NCBI GenBank assembly: GCA_013265495.1
Contig: MU058213.1
Span: 1,116,001 to 1,180,000, forward strand
DNA length: 64,000 nucleotides
Source: Vicugna vicugna
Lineage: Eukaryota
Reading direction: 5' to 3'
Made by a program: the position numbers and the translations under genes. The stretch's first letter is position 1. The number at the start of each line of letters is the position of its first letter. Shown piece after piece: positions 12,284 to 27,500 of the stretch. The notes below the pieces were generated by a model, which was not told the DNA's origin, searched no databases, and was given only the letters and a program-made list of their open reading frames with translations.

Positions 12284-15200
12284 AGCACTATCTTAGGAGC
12301 TTGTAGAAAATGTATATTCCCAGGTCCTACTGCCAGAGATTCTGACTCAGGAGGTTTGCATGTTTAACAAGAAAGCTCCATGCCTCTGATGCAGGTGATG
12401 ATGGAATATCCTAAAACCATTAAAATAAATGCATTAAGAAAAATGCATGAAAAATCCATTAAGCTAAACAGCAATACATATGATTTTGTATTTGAATTTT
12501 TTCAATATTATATAAGCTTATATAAAGATGATCTGTATCAATGAGAATATACAAAATTAAAATAAGCTTTCTAAAGCTCCTGGAAATTTTTTTAATATTT
12601 CACTTCTTAAATAAAAGCAAAATTAGAAGAGAAAGAAGAAAGTACTGTCTATCTTTCACTTGGACCATCATTTCATAAAAGAAAAGGCATTCAATAACAA
12701 AAATTGACAGTCATGATCACAGAAAAAGGAGTTTCTCTTGAGAAAGGCTGCCATCTTTGCCACGGGCAATGAAAAGCAGGTGCTAGACAAGCACAGGTCT
12801 GAGCACCAGCCTTTGGGAACCACTACCACTACCCCGAAAACTATTTGACTTCAGGCCCTGTGTGAAGAGTAACCAAGAGACCAACTACAGTTCTCTGGGG
12901 GTCCCTCCCCTCTCTCCCCACTGCTCCCACCTCAATCAGCCTGAGAAATTTATCTATCATTTGAAGGAGCATTTGATGGGGAGGGCAGAGACCATGTTCC
13001 ACAAAAGTGGAAAACTGCCAATTCTAAAAAAGGGGGCAATGGGCCAGAAGTCAATGAGAATGATAGCTTGCCAAAAAGAAAATGAGATGATGTAATAGCA
13101 CCAAGAATACCCACCGGTTCCTTCAGTGATTCAACCAGTTGAAGCAGGCAGACAATGCCACCCTTGTAACCATTTGTTTGTTCAAGTGGGTTCATTCATT
13201 AACCTCCGTGCAAATGTGGGGAGATCAATTATTTAGGATGGAAATTACAATTTAATTGTAGATGGCTATTGTAAAGATATTACCTTGCCATATAAGGTTG
13301 GTAAGAACAGAAACAATACTTTTTTCAAATTTTTTTTCCTCAAAGGCAGTTTCATATTGCTCTATTTCTCCTTTAAAATGGGTAACTCAGCCAAAGGCAG
13401 TATCCTTTGATAAAGATAATGATCAAGCAGTGGGATTTAATGCTAATGTAATGCTTTTAATTAATGTTTTATTGGATGACTCTGTGGTCATTATCATCAA
13501 CTTCAATCAGCCAAGTATAGAATAATTCCCAGAACCAGATTAAACTGGTTTTAGTTCAGCCAATATACACACAATTAGAACTATTGCCAATTGAGCATAG
13601 CTATTATGATCAAACATTTATTATTCCAAAATCATCTGTTTAGAAGATAAATTTGCCTATCTGCTTTAACTCTATATTTAACTTAGATCTTTTACCTAAA
13701 TGCTGATAACTAAATAACAGATCTTAATGCCAACAATTACACTTGTAATAGATCTTGAAATTGAGAGATTTCTCAATAAAAAAGAAAATAAGTGGAAAAA
13801 ATGTTACAGCAAATTGCAAAAAGTATGGAAAATGCTATACCAAGAAGCCAGAAGATCCGGATTCTTATTTAAACTTTGAATGAAGTAGCTCCAAGACTTT
13901 GGGGAATTAAACTCTGTGACCTTCAGCAAACTCATTTATAAAATGAAGGAATGTGAAACTAGATGGCCCCTTCCAATTTAAGTAATATCTGAATCTACAT
14001 GTGCCAGTTTTTGGAGTTATAAAATACTACCATCCCATTTATTGTCAGTACCACTTTGGCCACAAGCACAGACTGATCCTGGTACATCGAGCCTACCACA
14101 AACTAAAAATAATCATGGGGTGCTGGTCGGAGTACAAACTTACAGCTTGTCCCACTTACAGCTGTTTTGCTTTTTGTGACTCAAAATCTTAGAATTATCT
14201 ATGCCTCCTCCCTTTCTCCTGTCTCCAATAAGCCCTCAAAAGTAAAGTCTGACTGCTTCTATTAATTTCCAATATCTGATCCCCAATATTTCCAGTTTGG
14301 CCAGAGCACTGAATCATAACAGAAGTGAACAAGAGATGAGATGAAAAAGGACCCTATCTATCTTTCTTTAAACCTCTTCTCTCATTACTACCCTTTATGC
14401 ATTCAATGGTCTGGCCCACCTGACCTACTCATTCCCTCCCAGAGCCACCTCAAGACATCCCACCCCTCTGTATTCCACTGAATCACCAGAATTCCTCTTG
14501 TTTCCAGCACTCCCCTCCTGGCAAGCCTTATAGCCCCACCTCAGTTGTTTTAATCCTTCACTCCAAATATGCCAATATTCCTAAAGCCACACCATGGAAA
14601 ATCTTTGTGGTAAGGAGATGATTAATCCTTTGTGATTAGGAGAGCACTCCAACCCTCGTAACGCTCTTACTGCTTTTCCATTCTGGATACCTCACTAATT
14701 TATCAGTGATTCCCCAAAATTACGGCTAGTGACTCAAAAATCACTTCAACTAACTTTTTAAAAACTGATTTTTAAATGTTCAAATCTCACCCTTTATATA
14801 AGCCTTCTTTGGCAGAGTTTTAAAATTTTCTTCATAAAGAACTTTCTATTAAGTTCATTAAAAATTAATGTTTGTTGCTCTTGTGCATGAGTTTTTAAAA
14901 TTACATTTTCTAATAATTTCTACTCATGAAATTAAAATTTTTATTTTACCACTTGATCAAAGTTCTACAGATTAAAAGAATAGGGTATGAAATAATATAA
15001 CGATCTCTATTTCAGCTTAAACACACAATTCTTCATTAGGTCTTATTCCAGCTCGTCTGGTCCTCTTATACTCTTCCACAATGGTTTATTGTTTTCAGAA
15101 GACCTCACTGGATACGCCTTTCCTTCTAAAACTTAGCATATATAAAAATAAATCACTATTTGCCTCTCTTCTCTAACCCATTAAGCTCTGTGAGAACAAG

Positions 15201-18200
15201 GACCAACTCTCTTACAGTTGTCCAGCATAGCATGTAGCATGAACAAATCTCAAACACTTGTTGAAATAATGAATGGTTAATGTTCTACCATATTTTGTTT
15301 TCTTCCTATTTCAGCTTATTTCAGGTTAAAGTGATAAAAGCTTGCTGCTGTCCTTTCCAGATAACTATCATTTTATCCTTCTCTTGGATTTGATATTTTG
15401 CACTGAAATAGCTTTTGTGAGTTGTTTTTAACGCCCTTATCAATATAATTCTCTTAAATGGGACAAGGAAATATGTTTTTAAAATAATGGAAATGTATTA
15501 GGTAATCACCAAGACTCTAGCCCAGGGCAAAAAAAACTTACATTTTAAAAAATGAAAAAGAGAGAGAGAGAGTACTTTCTGAGTTCTAATTTCCATATCA
15601 GTTGTTGGAATTTCTAGGGATAACAGAGAATTCATCATAGCGACCTACTGACTACTTACATGATAAGTTGGGGCAACTCAAGCTCTAGAAAGAAAACTAA
15701 ATTTTATGTAATATAAAGATTGGCTAGAAGGTAAATGGAAAAAGACGTACCTTTATGTCAAACAAGGCAAATGAATTCTAGCTCTTCTCCAGAAGACAAT
15801 GGGAGAATGAGCTGTTGTGCTGCCTTCAAGTAGAGAACAGTCTTAAAGAGTACATTCAGTTAAGTCTATTTATGGTGCTGTTTGATACCAGGGAAGGTTA
15901 GGGTGCTGTGGGAATGCTTAAACATCAGAGAAAGCTCCCAGAGACTTGATATTTAAAATGAAAGAATTAGAACTAGTCAGTATGACTGAGGAAATTTACT
16001 GGTATCTTTGTTTTGCCTCCTTGAAGTGCCGGCTGCCAGAACTGTGCTTTTAGCCATGCATCACAGATGCATGGGTACAAACTTAGAGCCACACAGTTTT
16101 TATTCATTTCCTTCTTACCTGCACTTATCCTATTTAATTTCTCTGTGCTCTGTGTAAACCATTAAGCCTAATTCACCCTTTTTCAGGGCCTGAAAATCAT
16201 GTAGTAGAAAATATTGTCCTTTCCACTGTTCTTCGTGGGAATATTCCTGATTACATGGTGTTATCACTCCACACCACATGCAAAAAAAAGAAACAAACAA
16301 AAAAACCTCAAAAAACCATGGGACAAAAAGCTGAGAAAATGCTGTCACAAAAGGAAACAAAGTCCTGTCTCTCAAAACCACAAGTTCTAGATTTAGCTAT
16401 ACTCTCAAAAGATGACCTTGTGCTAAAAAAGCAATAATCCACTATACTAGTGCTGTTTTGTTCTGTCCCAGTTTTACTAATCCCAGATAACTGGCACATA
16501 ACTTTCCAAAATTATCCCCAAGCTTAACCTAATTTAGTCTTTCTTACATTTTTACCTCATGGGAATATGGTTACAACATAGGCTGGTCCCCAAAAATACA
16601 TTCTGTCCTTTCAACCTCCTTCACTCTACCACACGCATGACTCCTACTTCTAAGTATTTTCAACATTCAGATTTTCCACTGAGTGTGTGCTGGTATGCGT
16701 GAACCCTAAAACTCCAGCAGAAATGAAAAATGGATAAAGTTGTTTTTAATTAAGAGTTGAGCAACTTGAACATACACAGTAAGATCAGTTCTCTTGAACA
16801 AAGATGGAAGTAGGTAACATTCATTGCAGTGGACCTATCATCTCTAGTGCAGGGTGATTTATGCAAGAGTCCAGTTGAAATGCTGAGGCCAAAGGAGATG
16901 TCTTCCAGGTCTCCTCTAATCTCAGTCTACAGCTCAGAGATGGCATGTAGGTCCTGGGGACCTCAATTCTGCATTCCAGGCCTGGCCCTCTTCTACCAGG
17001 TTCTCTATCAGAAGCTCATCCAGAACATAGGAGTCAGTCCAGGAATATGGAGGTACTTTCCAGAACAAATCCATCTGCAAGAGTCCTAATTATGGAGTAT
17101 ACATTAGAACATCTTCCTTCTCCCTCAGAAGCTACAAAACAGCACCCCATGCTCACTACTTAATGCTTTGCTTGCGTACATATCCTAAAGTCCTTATCCA
17201 GTCTGTTTGAAGCTTCAGTTCTTTAAAACTAATGCTTTTATTCTCTGATTAAAACCAAATTATGTTTAAAAAGATTTCTTAAAGAGAACTTATGAACCTC
17301 TGGATAGTTCCACAAAATTACTTACGTATATACAGATGCATTTTTCTCCTGGCAAGAGGGCTGATATAAGTCAGCAGATTTTCAAAAAGGTCAGTACCCC
17401 AAAATGAGAAAAACTGACATAGAGCAACCTTTTTGTTCTTTTTCTGTGTGGATATTTTTCAGAAAAGTGACTTAAGGTAAGTATGCATTCCCGAAAACAG
17501 ATAAAACAATGCAATGCAATCAGGTAAGAAAAAGGATAATTATTTCTAAATAAGTTCTCTTACCCTTTTTGTTAGATGTAAAATAATCTCTGGACCCAAT
17601 GCAGAAGCCACTGAATGCATTGACAGTGGAAAAAACAGAGTATGCTTGCAAGAGATTGCCTTTTCTTTACATTTTCTTGTTCTCTAATCCTCAATAAACT
17701 AAAGTTTATCTTCAGCAAACTGGAAGACTAAATATTCTAATTGTTCTAAAAGACTAAATGTTCATGTAAGAATCACAAAATCTTAGCACTTGGTGGAAAT
17801 AAGAAAACCAGGATGGGAACCCAGCTTAAACCTCTCTCCCAAAATAACTAAAAATTATTACCACCCAAAGCAATGAAAATACTGTGGTCAGTTGAAAAGA
17901 ACCTGAAATTTTGTGTACTTATTAAAATGACAAATAAAAGAGCATTTTCTAAACATTTTGGCTTACAAGTTTGAGTTTTCAAAATTTAGCCCTACACCAC
18001 CAGATTTACATTCTGTAAATTCTTATATTTCAAAACCGTTACATTCATCATGTATGTGATAATATTTAATTTCTGGCTCCCAGACAGCTGGCTTGCCCCT
18101 TGTCATTAATGAGTGGTAAATACAGGGTCACCTTTGGCCCAATCCTAGTTGAGGAATTCAGAAGAAAAGTCAGAAACAAGTTACTTCCCAGTAAACAAAT

Positions 18201-21200
18201 CCCTGGTGGATTTAGCAACTCTAGCCGGTCAGCTTGTGGCACTTGTATGCACACATGGGTGTGCACACACTTATGTGTGCACCAGAAATAACACTGCATC
18301 AAACAGAACACATGTTTTTTTTTTTCTGCTTTCTCTTCTATACCTTCCCATTTACTCGTTATTTCCTTGCTACTACTGACTATTACCCTTCTTCAGAGGT
18401 TTAGTCATGTACTTCCCTATCAGCCCTGCCTTTTCTTCAGCCCAAATTCTCACATTTCCATGACTTTCTAGGTCATGAAAGATCTTAGAAAACTGAGATA
18501 TCTGCCTAAAAGTATGTCTGCATATGTGAAACTTGGAAAAATCTAAAAAAATATACTTAAAATTCTGAGGATTTTAAAATGTAGAATTTTAAAGAAATGA
18601 TAATGGCTAATATTTAGCAATAATATGTTATGTAAATAACTGTAAGTAACTGGCAGGGTTTCCCTTTCATACTCTGGATGACAAGAAGCTTACAGGAAAA
18701 TCTGAAGCCCGATCATATATGACCTTAGAGCCTGATTGTTTTTTCTACCCTATCTTGACTACTTCTTGTAATTCATAATTTTAATGTCCCAGTGCTTATC
18801 ACAAACCTTACAATTCAAATCCTTTGATGAGCAGGAGTCTTTGAATGAGTAAAATTGAGATCAGTGAAGAAAGAACAAGGCAATATTTCCAGTTTCTCAA
18901 GCAACAGTCATCATGCTACCACTTATAACTCAGCCTCATCACAAAGGATTATATAATCAGATTCAAGCAATACTGCAAACAACTGTTTTCAAAATTCGGG
19001 TCTTTGATTTTAGATTCAACGACCCTTGAAGATTAAAAAAAAAGATTTACTGTACTTTGGCAAAAGCAGTACATTTGCAACAACACTGTTGCTACATGAA
19101 AATGCCTGATGAAAAACTGTCGAGACTAAACTTCTCTGTCCAGATGACTGTAATAATCAAATTTTGGGGGGATTCAGAATATGAACAAGTAATGGAATTT
19201 CTGCGTGGAAGAGTCAAAGAAACACTATACCATACATTACTTAGAACATACATGTAGGAATCAAACATTTGAAATAATACTTGATGTAGAAGTGATTAAA
19301 AAAGAAAAGATTTCACTGAAGACCTAAAAAAAAGAAATACTCAGATTGGTACCCTTTTCTAGCTTGAAATTTTAAATTTTTTTTTTTGAAGAACTGTAAA
19401 TGAGACACTATTTACATAGTATTGCCTGGTGATTTCAAAATAAACAAAAAATTTTATTTTGTTTAAAATAAAATCAGTTATAGCAATCATTGCATCTGAT
19501 AAATACTAGAACTTCTATTTGCTATTCTTTACCAAGTGGCTAAGACAAAAAAGAAATCACTAATTTTGAGAACTGAAGTATTTTCTACCTAGAAGTCCAA
19601 AAAGGATAGCCAATTAAAAAATCTGACACAAAATAAGACAATTAAAATTCTACTGTCAAATAATAGACAAATTCAAAGAGTTGAAATCTGCTTAGCAATG
19701 TCACTAGCCTTGATCAGATTTAAAAAATCAGTTATTACCCTGAGGTTCTGTTACTGAACAGGAACTTTTAGACGTTCCAGTATAACAACCACCCTTAGGT
19801 GCTGAGCCCAGGAATAAAGCCTGGGATTCTGCCAGAGTATTCCTCCTGCAACACAATGGCAGAGCTTTTGTGTGACACAGCAGTAGATCCAAATTTCTTG
19901 CCAATATCATGCTCCTTTATTTTTGCAGCATATGAATGAAACCATCTTGCTCTTGGGAAGTCTGTTAATTCTTAAGAAATAAATCAAGGGGAACGGGGTA
20001 GTAAACCAATTCAAGCAAAACTTTGGTTTTTGTGGTTCTATAATTAAAAAATAAGATGAGTAATATGAGAGTGATAGCTCAAAAATGGAAATACCTAGAT
20101 TGATCTCCATGTGGTTAGAGCTATATTTGATGAACCTGGGTCCTCAACATACCTCTGCCTCCCATCCCTGCCCCCATCATAGTTCCTCGTCTGCAAATGA
20201 GTGCTTCCTATTGTGGAGGCCACCAAGACCAAAGAATATAATAGTTTTTTTTTTATTTTGCTATAATTTTTTTAACTCTTACCAATTCAAGTTTTGGGGT
20301 ACACCTAACAAACTGAAAAAACTAAAATATGCCAGAGTCTTTTAAAGTTTAGCAACATATAGGTTCACATAAAACATTATTTTAATGTTTGAGGAAAATT
20401 TATTTTGTAAACCTGCACCTACTATTTGAAGTCTTTAACTTAATATAAATATATATACATCATTAAAAATGATCAGCAGTGAGAACAAAAGCATGAAATA
20501 TATTGAGATCTTTTCAAGAAATCTCTCTTCTCACTTATCAAAAATGCTAAACTTTTCTAATGAAAGGAATTCTTGAAGAGAACAACATCAAAGCCAATCT
20601 TATTCCAAAATATATCACTTGCAGAGATAAGAAATAAAGCTCAAATATTAACTTGGAATTTTTATTATACTAATTTTATTCAGCCATAAATCACCTAGTC
20701 AATTAAAAAGGAGCCACTTACACAACCAGGTGAAAGTGGATAAGCAAAAGAAAATCCTTCATAAATGGGCAATATATTAAGTAATATTCTGTTCTGCTTT
20801 AATTAACTTAAAAGAATCATTAGTTAACTCAACTAAGTGAAATATAATTTCACAGTGTTTGAAATTATGTAAGAACTTTTGTTTACCTAAGGTATTTTAA
20901 AACTTTCCTATCATCAGTTGGATGAACTGGTTTTTCCAGATATAAAAACAAAACTATAACCCATACTCTGTTCAATTATTACAAATATTGAATTAGTGAG
21001 GTTTAATTTAATAAGATATTACTATATTTGCAGTATTAACCAAGTCAGATATGGAATTATTACATTTAAGAGGCCTACTTCAATTTCAAAATATTACCTT
21101 AAATATTTTCAGTTTGTCTTCAAAAGCCTTTATTTTTCACACAGGCTTTGTAGTTGGATTATGCTACTACCCTTTATCTGAACTGAGAAGAACTAGTCAA

Positions 21201-21775
21201 TGCACTGAACAATTAAGAGGTTTTACAATTTGAGGTAGCATCTTCAGAAATCCTTCATAGAAAGATAGCATGTCAATTCCTTAAACTATGTCAAAATTTT
21301 CACTAAGCTAAATTCTGACAATCTCTGTCAAATTCAGAAACAATGACTTTCAGTTAAAAATATGCAAATTATATTAAATACATTCTCCTTAACAGCTTTT
21401 ATTAAAAAAAACAAAACAAAACCTCCTGCCCCCAAGTACAGTTAATACTTCTGTCTAACTCTCAATCTCCTCTCGGTTTTTCATTTTTACCATATTTTTC
21501 CCCCGTTAGAGTAAGCACATTGTATTTTGGTTTCTTTTCTCCCTACTCATTGTTCAGATCAGCATTTTAATAATCTTTTAAGCAATGCTGTTCAAAGAAA
21601 ACAGGCTATATGAAGCTAAAGAAAATTCTCTAAGTTCAATGTTTCTTAAAGTGAGACATTTTGCTAGACCTATTTATCAAAAATCCACACAAAGCAAACA
21701 CTACAACTGGTAAACAGCTACAGGAGAAAATTGGAAGCTTAAAAATAAAGCCGTTAAAAACACTTCATTACACAC

Positions 21776-22130
21776 CTTCTCTGTGAAGCCCTTTGTTTCC
21801 ACTGAAAACCATACTGGAATCCTTGTATAAAAGAAGTTGCCTTCTGGCTGTCAACAGCTATACAGTCAGTAACTGAGGGATCCAGATGTCTGCAGTGGTT
21901 AAAACAAATGTTCAGCGGTGGGTGCTGATTCCGCTTCCCTCTGTGTAAGGTTTTCACAAAGGCAGCAGAGTAAGAGCGCACATAGCAACAGCACTCACAG
22001 CTGATTGGATGGAGGGTGTGCTCCGCCGCCCCTGCTCGCTGGGTCCACTACAGCTTCCTGTCTACTTGGCAGCACTATCTTGTTGTCTTTGCTCCCCTTA
22101 CCAACTCAGCTGTGTTTAGGCAACGTGAAA
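21776..22130 (-). promoter_or_regulatory. Candidate intronic alternative promoter and first exon
   Basis: Repeat-free, locally CpG-enriched block. Contains a GC box (22023-22032), CCAAT (ATTGG 22004-22008), RFX half-sites (CATAGCAAC 21981-21989; TAGGCAAC ~22117-22124), a strong-Kozak ATG at 21812 and donor AAG|GTGTGT at 21776. Confidence 0.45.
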
Positions 22131-23439
22131 GCAGAGATCAGCAGGGTGATCATGACGAGATATTCTAGCATAAGCCCCTAAAATGTACGTCTCTGGGTCC
22201 TTTTGGAAAGAAGCGAAATTCATAGAACAAACATTTATTTCGGTCAGTGTTTCACATAAAACTGAGGACAAAGGGGTGGTGGAGGGGACAGTTTATTACT
22301 TCGCATTTCAAGTAAATCAGGTTTTACCAACTGAAACTCTCTAAAAACAAAGAATATAAAAATTTTCAACAATTAGAATAAAGCATCTGTCTACACAGAA
22401 CTGTGAATTACTTAACAACAAACTTCACAAATTCCAAGAAAATACTGATCAGTTCGTTAAAATGAGATAGGACCTAAAAATAGTCCCCCCTCAAATTTAT
22501 GCAGTGCCTTTTAAGGGAGCAAGAAAACTTAATTTTAACAGATTGCTTAGAAAAAGATTTTTAAAAGTAAAAATAAGTGCTTAGTAAACTCTAAAAATAA
22601 GATTTAACTAGGTATCTGCATTAAAATGTCTTTTTACATAACACGACAATGACATTGAGCCTGAATTCATTTATTTTCTTTATCATAAAATTATCTGGAG
22701 ATAGGAAGACATAGGAGGTTTTTGGTTTTTTTTTTTCTCTCTCCTCCAGGCTTCAAGTACCAGTCTACACTATCTCCACAAGCTTTAACAAAACCAAAAA
22801 TCCCTCACCAACTTACAAAGATGTTTGAGAGAGTCAATGCAGGTAGTAGGAGATAAACAGATATGAAGCATCAGAAAAAGTCCTCATTTGGGAAGTATTT
22901 CCTTTGAACATCACATAAACTAGGATAGTGTTTTTCAAACTTTTAAGGTAATGGAACGCTTTTAAATAACATTCTTCTAAAAAAATGCATTATTAGTGTT
23001 GGCAATAGAATTTCTATATAGGAGGGGTTTGTGGGAGTAGGCAGAGGCTGCAGCAGAAGCATACTGTTTATTACTCAGATCTTTGTTTATCTGGAGTGTC
23101 TTGGAGGGAGGGAGCAGAGGCTGATGTAAATGTTGGCACTATTAAAGCACCCCATGAGCACCATGAGGCTATTTTTAAATGAGAGGCTACAAACACTGCA
23201 GTTTCCTATCAGCCCCAGAATCCACAAAATTCCTACCCTTGAAAAAGCTTTTAGGAACCCTGGAATTCTACAGCATACGAGTAAGAGATACAACCTGTAA
23301 GAGTTAAATCTAATTATTACCTTAGTGTAAAGAACCTGATCATTGGCTCCACAATTAGCCAGAGGGAGAGCTGCTAAGCCCTCTGAGAAATAACAAGAGA
23401 GAAGATGTGTTTGGGAACACAATCACTCTCTGAGGTGAC

Positions 23440-24120
23440 TCAGAGAAAAAAACGGCATAGAAGAGAGAATAAGGACTTTGAACCCAGGCCGACCAACCTG
23501 TGTGCAAAATATGAAACTGCCATTTACAAACAGTAAGGCGCTATAGAAATTGCTCAACTATTCTGAGCTAAGCTTCAGTTTTCTTATCTGTAAAATGGGG
23601 TTAACTTACAGGACTATTGTGAAGGCTAAAAGGTACTCTTTGCCAGCTAGACTGGTAATTTGGTCATTAAGGACTCTTAAGGTTCTTCAAAACTTAGAGA
23701 CTTTGCAAAACAGTACTCCTCTTCTGCTAGGAGTGGTCTCCCACAACCCCTTCAATTGATGAGTCTCCCTTAAATTTCTCTTGCCCAGGGCAGCTTTCCC
23801 TGAGTCAAGGCTAGTCTCAGGCTCCCTGTACGTTTTTCTTAGTACTTAGCTCACAGAATGTTAAATAATTATTTGCAAAATGACTAGTTTGACATTCTCC
23901 TCCACTCCACTGTAAGTGCTTTAGGGAGGTACTACGTCTGTCCACATTATTGCTACCTAGCACCATGCCTGATTTATATTCCACATATTTTATTTCATTG
24001 CACAACCATGGTAGGGAGGGGGAGGTGTAAATAGAACAAGTATCATTTTCTGCATTGTTCAAATAAGAAAATCAGCTCTACATGTTTATTTACTGAAGTC
24101 ATATAACTAGAAATCAAATG
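23440..24120. mobile_element. MIR / L2 / MIR fragment cluster
   Basis: TTCAGTTTTCTTATCTGTAAAATGGGG (MIR) and an L2 3'-like segment CTCCACTGTAAGTGC...CCTAGCACCATGCCTG. Confidence 0.6.
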
Positions 24121-27100
24121 AAATAAATTTTACAAAATTTTGGGATGAATAACTTTATAATTCAAAATTAACTGCTTCCTATATCTTTGGGAAAAAAGGA
24201 AGACTAATATATAATCGCTAAACTGTTTTAGAATACTTCCTTTCAGATATAATTCTTAAGCTTCTTAATTAAAGGCTAATGATAGCCTACATCTATAATC
24301 TAAAACTATTAACATATACAAAGAGAACTTATTGAAAAAATATTCAGTTTAGTCAAAAACATGTAATTATAAATGCTTAAAATGAACTCCAAGAGACATA
24401 CCACTTTACAAAGTAAAAGACATGCCACCTTAAAAAGTAAAATCCAATCAACAGATTTATTTAGTGAAATGCTTCCTCCATGCTACCAGTTTTCTAATAA
24501 ATTTCAAAATAGCACTTTATATAATTCTGGAGAATGATTGTTTTTTCCCCTAGTTCATCTTGGCACACACAATTATAAATGATCTCAACAGTCTACAAGT
24601 TAAGAATCTGAATAATATAAGATGCTGTACTAAGTGCTAGTCTCAGATTCTCAGTTCTCAACCCTCATCCATAAAAAATGCCCTTTTCCCTGCACCCCAA
24701 CCTAGCATGACCATAACCGTGCTCTCCAATTGTTCAAGAAATATAAATTACTTATATTATACTAATGTAGGGAAGTAAACAGGAAAGCAGATCTTCCATA
24801 AGTTTTTTAAAACTACATATTCCAAATATAAAATGGAAAAATTTGAAGGATCAACTGTTTCAGATCATCTGTGTCCTCTGTTAGCAGAAATAATTGGAAA
24901 CTATCTACTGTTAACATACCTTAGAGATAACCATATTAGCTTGGTCATTTTTTAAACAAAAAGAAATACTGCTAGAATTAAAAAAAGGAACCCTTCAAAG
25001 GTAATTATTACATAGCTACTATATATGTAGGCCCATGGGCCAGGCATTTACACGCCCATCTCCCCTGACTCTGTGGTAGTTACTGTCCTCATAGATGAGG
25101 AAACCGGCCTGTCACTTGCCCAAGTAACCAGAACTAAGAGGGCAAAGCCAGGTGGTAGGTCTTCCTAAATCTAATATGCGTGCTTTTAAAAATCCCTTTC
25201 ATATTTACATTCCCATAAGACAAATGTGGTATCACATAAGAAGGAAGTTTAAATACAGAAATTTCAAGTTAATATTTCCCACTTATTACTCATTCAGTAA
25301 CCACCACTACAGCCCCATTACCCTTAAAAACTGTCACTGATACACTATTTATAATACAGAAAACAGCATTTGACTGCTAAATAGGGTGTTGCTATATAGT
25401 ATGATCACTACATGAGGACACAATAAAAGATTTAATCAGTGAGACTTCAGTACTTCATGATCACAGATCACATACCTGATCCAGAGAAAAAAGGAAACAG
25501 AAAAGAACACTGAACTAGGAACCACAGATCTAGTCTAAACTCTACCATTAATCAGCTTTATGACCTTAAGCACTTCTCTGAAATTGCTCATTTCTAAGTC
25601 AGGATTTTTTTTTTTTGTCTGCAATGTTGGTGTGTTATAAGGATCAAATAGGACAAGATACAATTATTTTGAAAATAGCAATATGCAACACAAATAGGAT
25701 ATTGCCATCTCTGGTAGTCTGCAGTCCAGAGGATAACAGTGTAAATATGTTGGCACAAAATCCAATCTCATTACTGAAAAAACTCCTTAAAGCAGCTAGA
25801 CATAATGGAGAAAAGCCAGAGAGTCTAGGGTTCAAGTTCTTTTCACTTAACAAGCTGTGCTATCAAATTATTTAACCTGAGTCTTTTTCTTCATCTGTAA
25901 AATGGGAGCAATAATTTATTTAAGAGATACATAATATAAACCATCTAGCCTAGTACTTGGCTCTCAAGCAATTTGTTTCCTCTTTTCTTTCACAAACACC
26001 AGGAATATAGGATGTTACTAGAGGGCAAATGTACATGCATGCATACATACACATACACCAACAAACAAAGGGCAATACATTAGTAGTATCCAATAACAAT
26101 GGGGATGAAACTTAAATCTTGACTACCAAAGAAAGATTTTTATGACACTGATATTTTTTAAGTTTCTTAAATAGTATCACTTTAACAACACATTTCACAG
26201 CTAACTCATTTGCAAGAAAGATTAAACAAAACTAAAATATAAGATTGTTAACAGTTTTGGAAATCAGGGAAACTTATAGTTTTTCTCCTTCAGAGTTTTT
26301 ACTGAAAAATTATGCTGGTGATTACTAGGATAAATTAAGCCATAAAAAGTTACGTTAATTTCCATTCTCATGGAGATTTCTAGAGATCATTATTGCTGAA
26401 ATGATTACCCATTGATTTGTATTCATTATAACGTGATACAAATAAACCAAGTGGCCAAAAAGCAATTCAAACATACTGTGTTTTTCAGAGCTAAAACAAT
26501 TCTTAAAATTAAAATACTAAAAAGTACCTAAGAGATTTAATTGGGATTCTCATCTTTCAAAAGATTTTGGGTTATGATGACCTACATTAGTTCCAGGAGC
26601 AGAGCCTTGTTTACAAAATCTAAGATCTTGGAGAGAAGAAAATGTTCTAGCCTGTTTTTTTGGCATCATTCATACTACATTGTTTAAAATGAGCTAGAAC
26701 AGGGGTTATTTATAATCTAAGTTATTGGACAAACACTCTGTCTAAAAATATCTTATACACACTAGTCAGATTTCATAAGTATCAAGATCAGGTATAAGAA
26801 TTCATTTTTAATATCCTACAGTACTTGATCTTAATTAATAAATATCATTAGTATATAAAATATGTGTCAAGATGCATATGGGTTCCCCTTTACCTATATC
26901 CATATTCCTCTACAGACGTGGTTTGGGATGTTGTTATTATTATTATAAAGAATGGTATGTTTGATTCAATCTTAAAAATCTAGAACCAATCAAGAATTTT
27001 TTATTCTGACAAAATGAAGTTTTAGTAAAAGTATTTCCATGGAAATAATGTATCTTACATTTACTTGTCTGTTTGACAATCACAGATGAAGAAGTAGAAT

Positions 27101-27369
27101 CACTGAGATTAAGGCAGCTGATGGGTACCTGGGTGACTCACCTAACCCAAGTTTAATTCCAAATCCTGTTTCCCGCCCCTCAGTAACTAGTTATCAATGG
27201 TAGGTATCATTACGTCTTCTAATTATGCCAATAGTCATACAAATGGCAGACTCTGTATTTTAAATTTTGGAGAATGTTAACAAAAATCTAGTAAAGTAAA
27301 AGAGTTGTGTAGAATTAAGGAAACCTCATGTAGGTTTAAGACTCAACTGTTAAGTCCACAAAGCTTAAC

Positions 27370-27500
27370 CTACAAGATGATTACCATTATTATCTCAATT
27401 TTAACCAATGAGGAAACTGAAGCTCAGAGAGATTAAGTAATTTGATCAAGCTTACGTAGAGCAGGTGACAAAATCAGAACTTGAACGTGGGTCTTTTAGT
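27370..27500 (-). mobile_element. MIR SINE fragment
   Basis: ATGAGGAAACTGAAGCTCAGAGAGATTAAGTAATTTG. Confidence 0.8.

Noticed and set aside
18245..18282. 9-bp hairpin GTGCACACA-ctta-TGTGTGCAC
   Set aside because: Arises from a degenerate CA/TG microsatellite; such hairpins are common.
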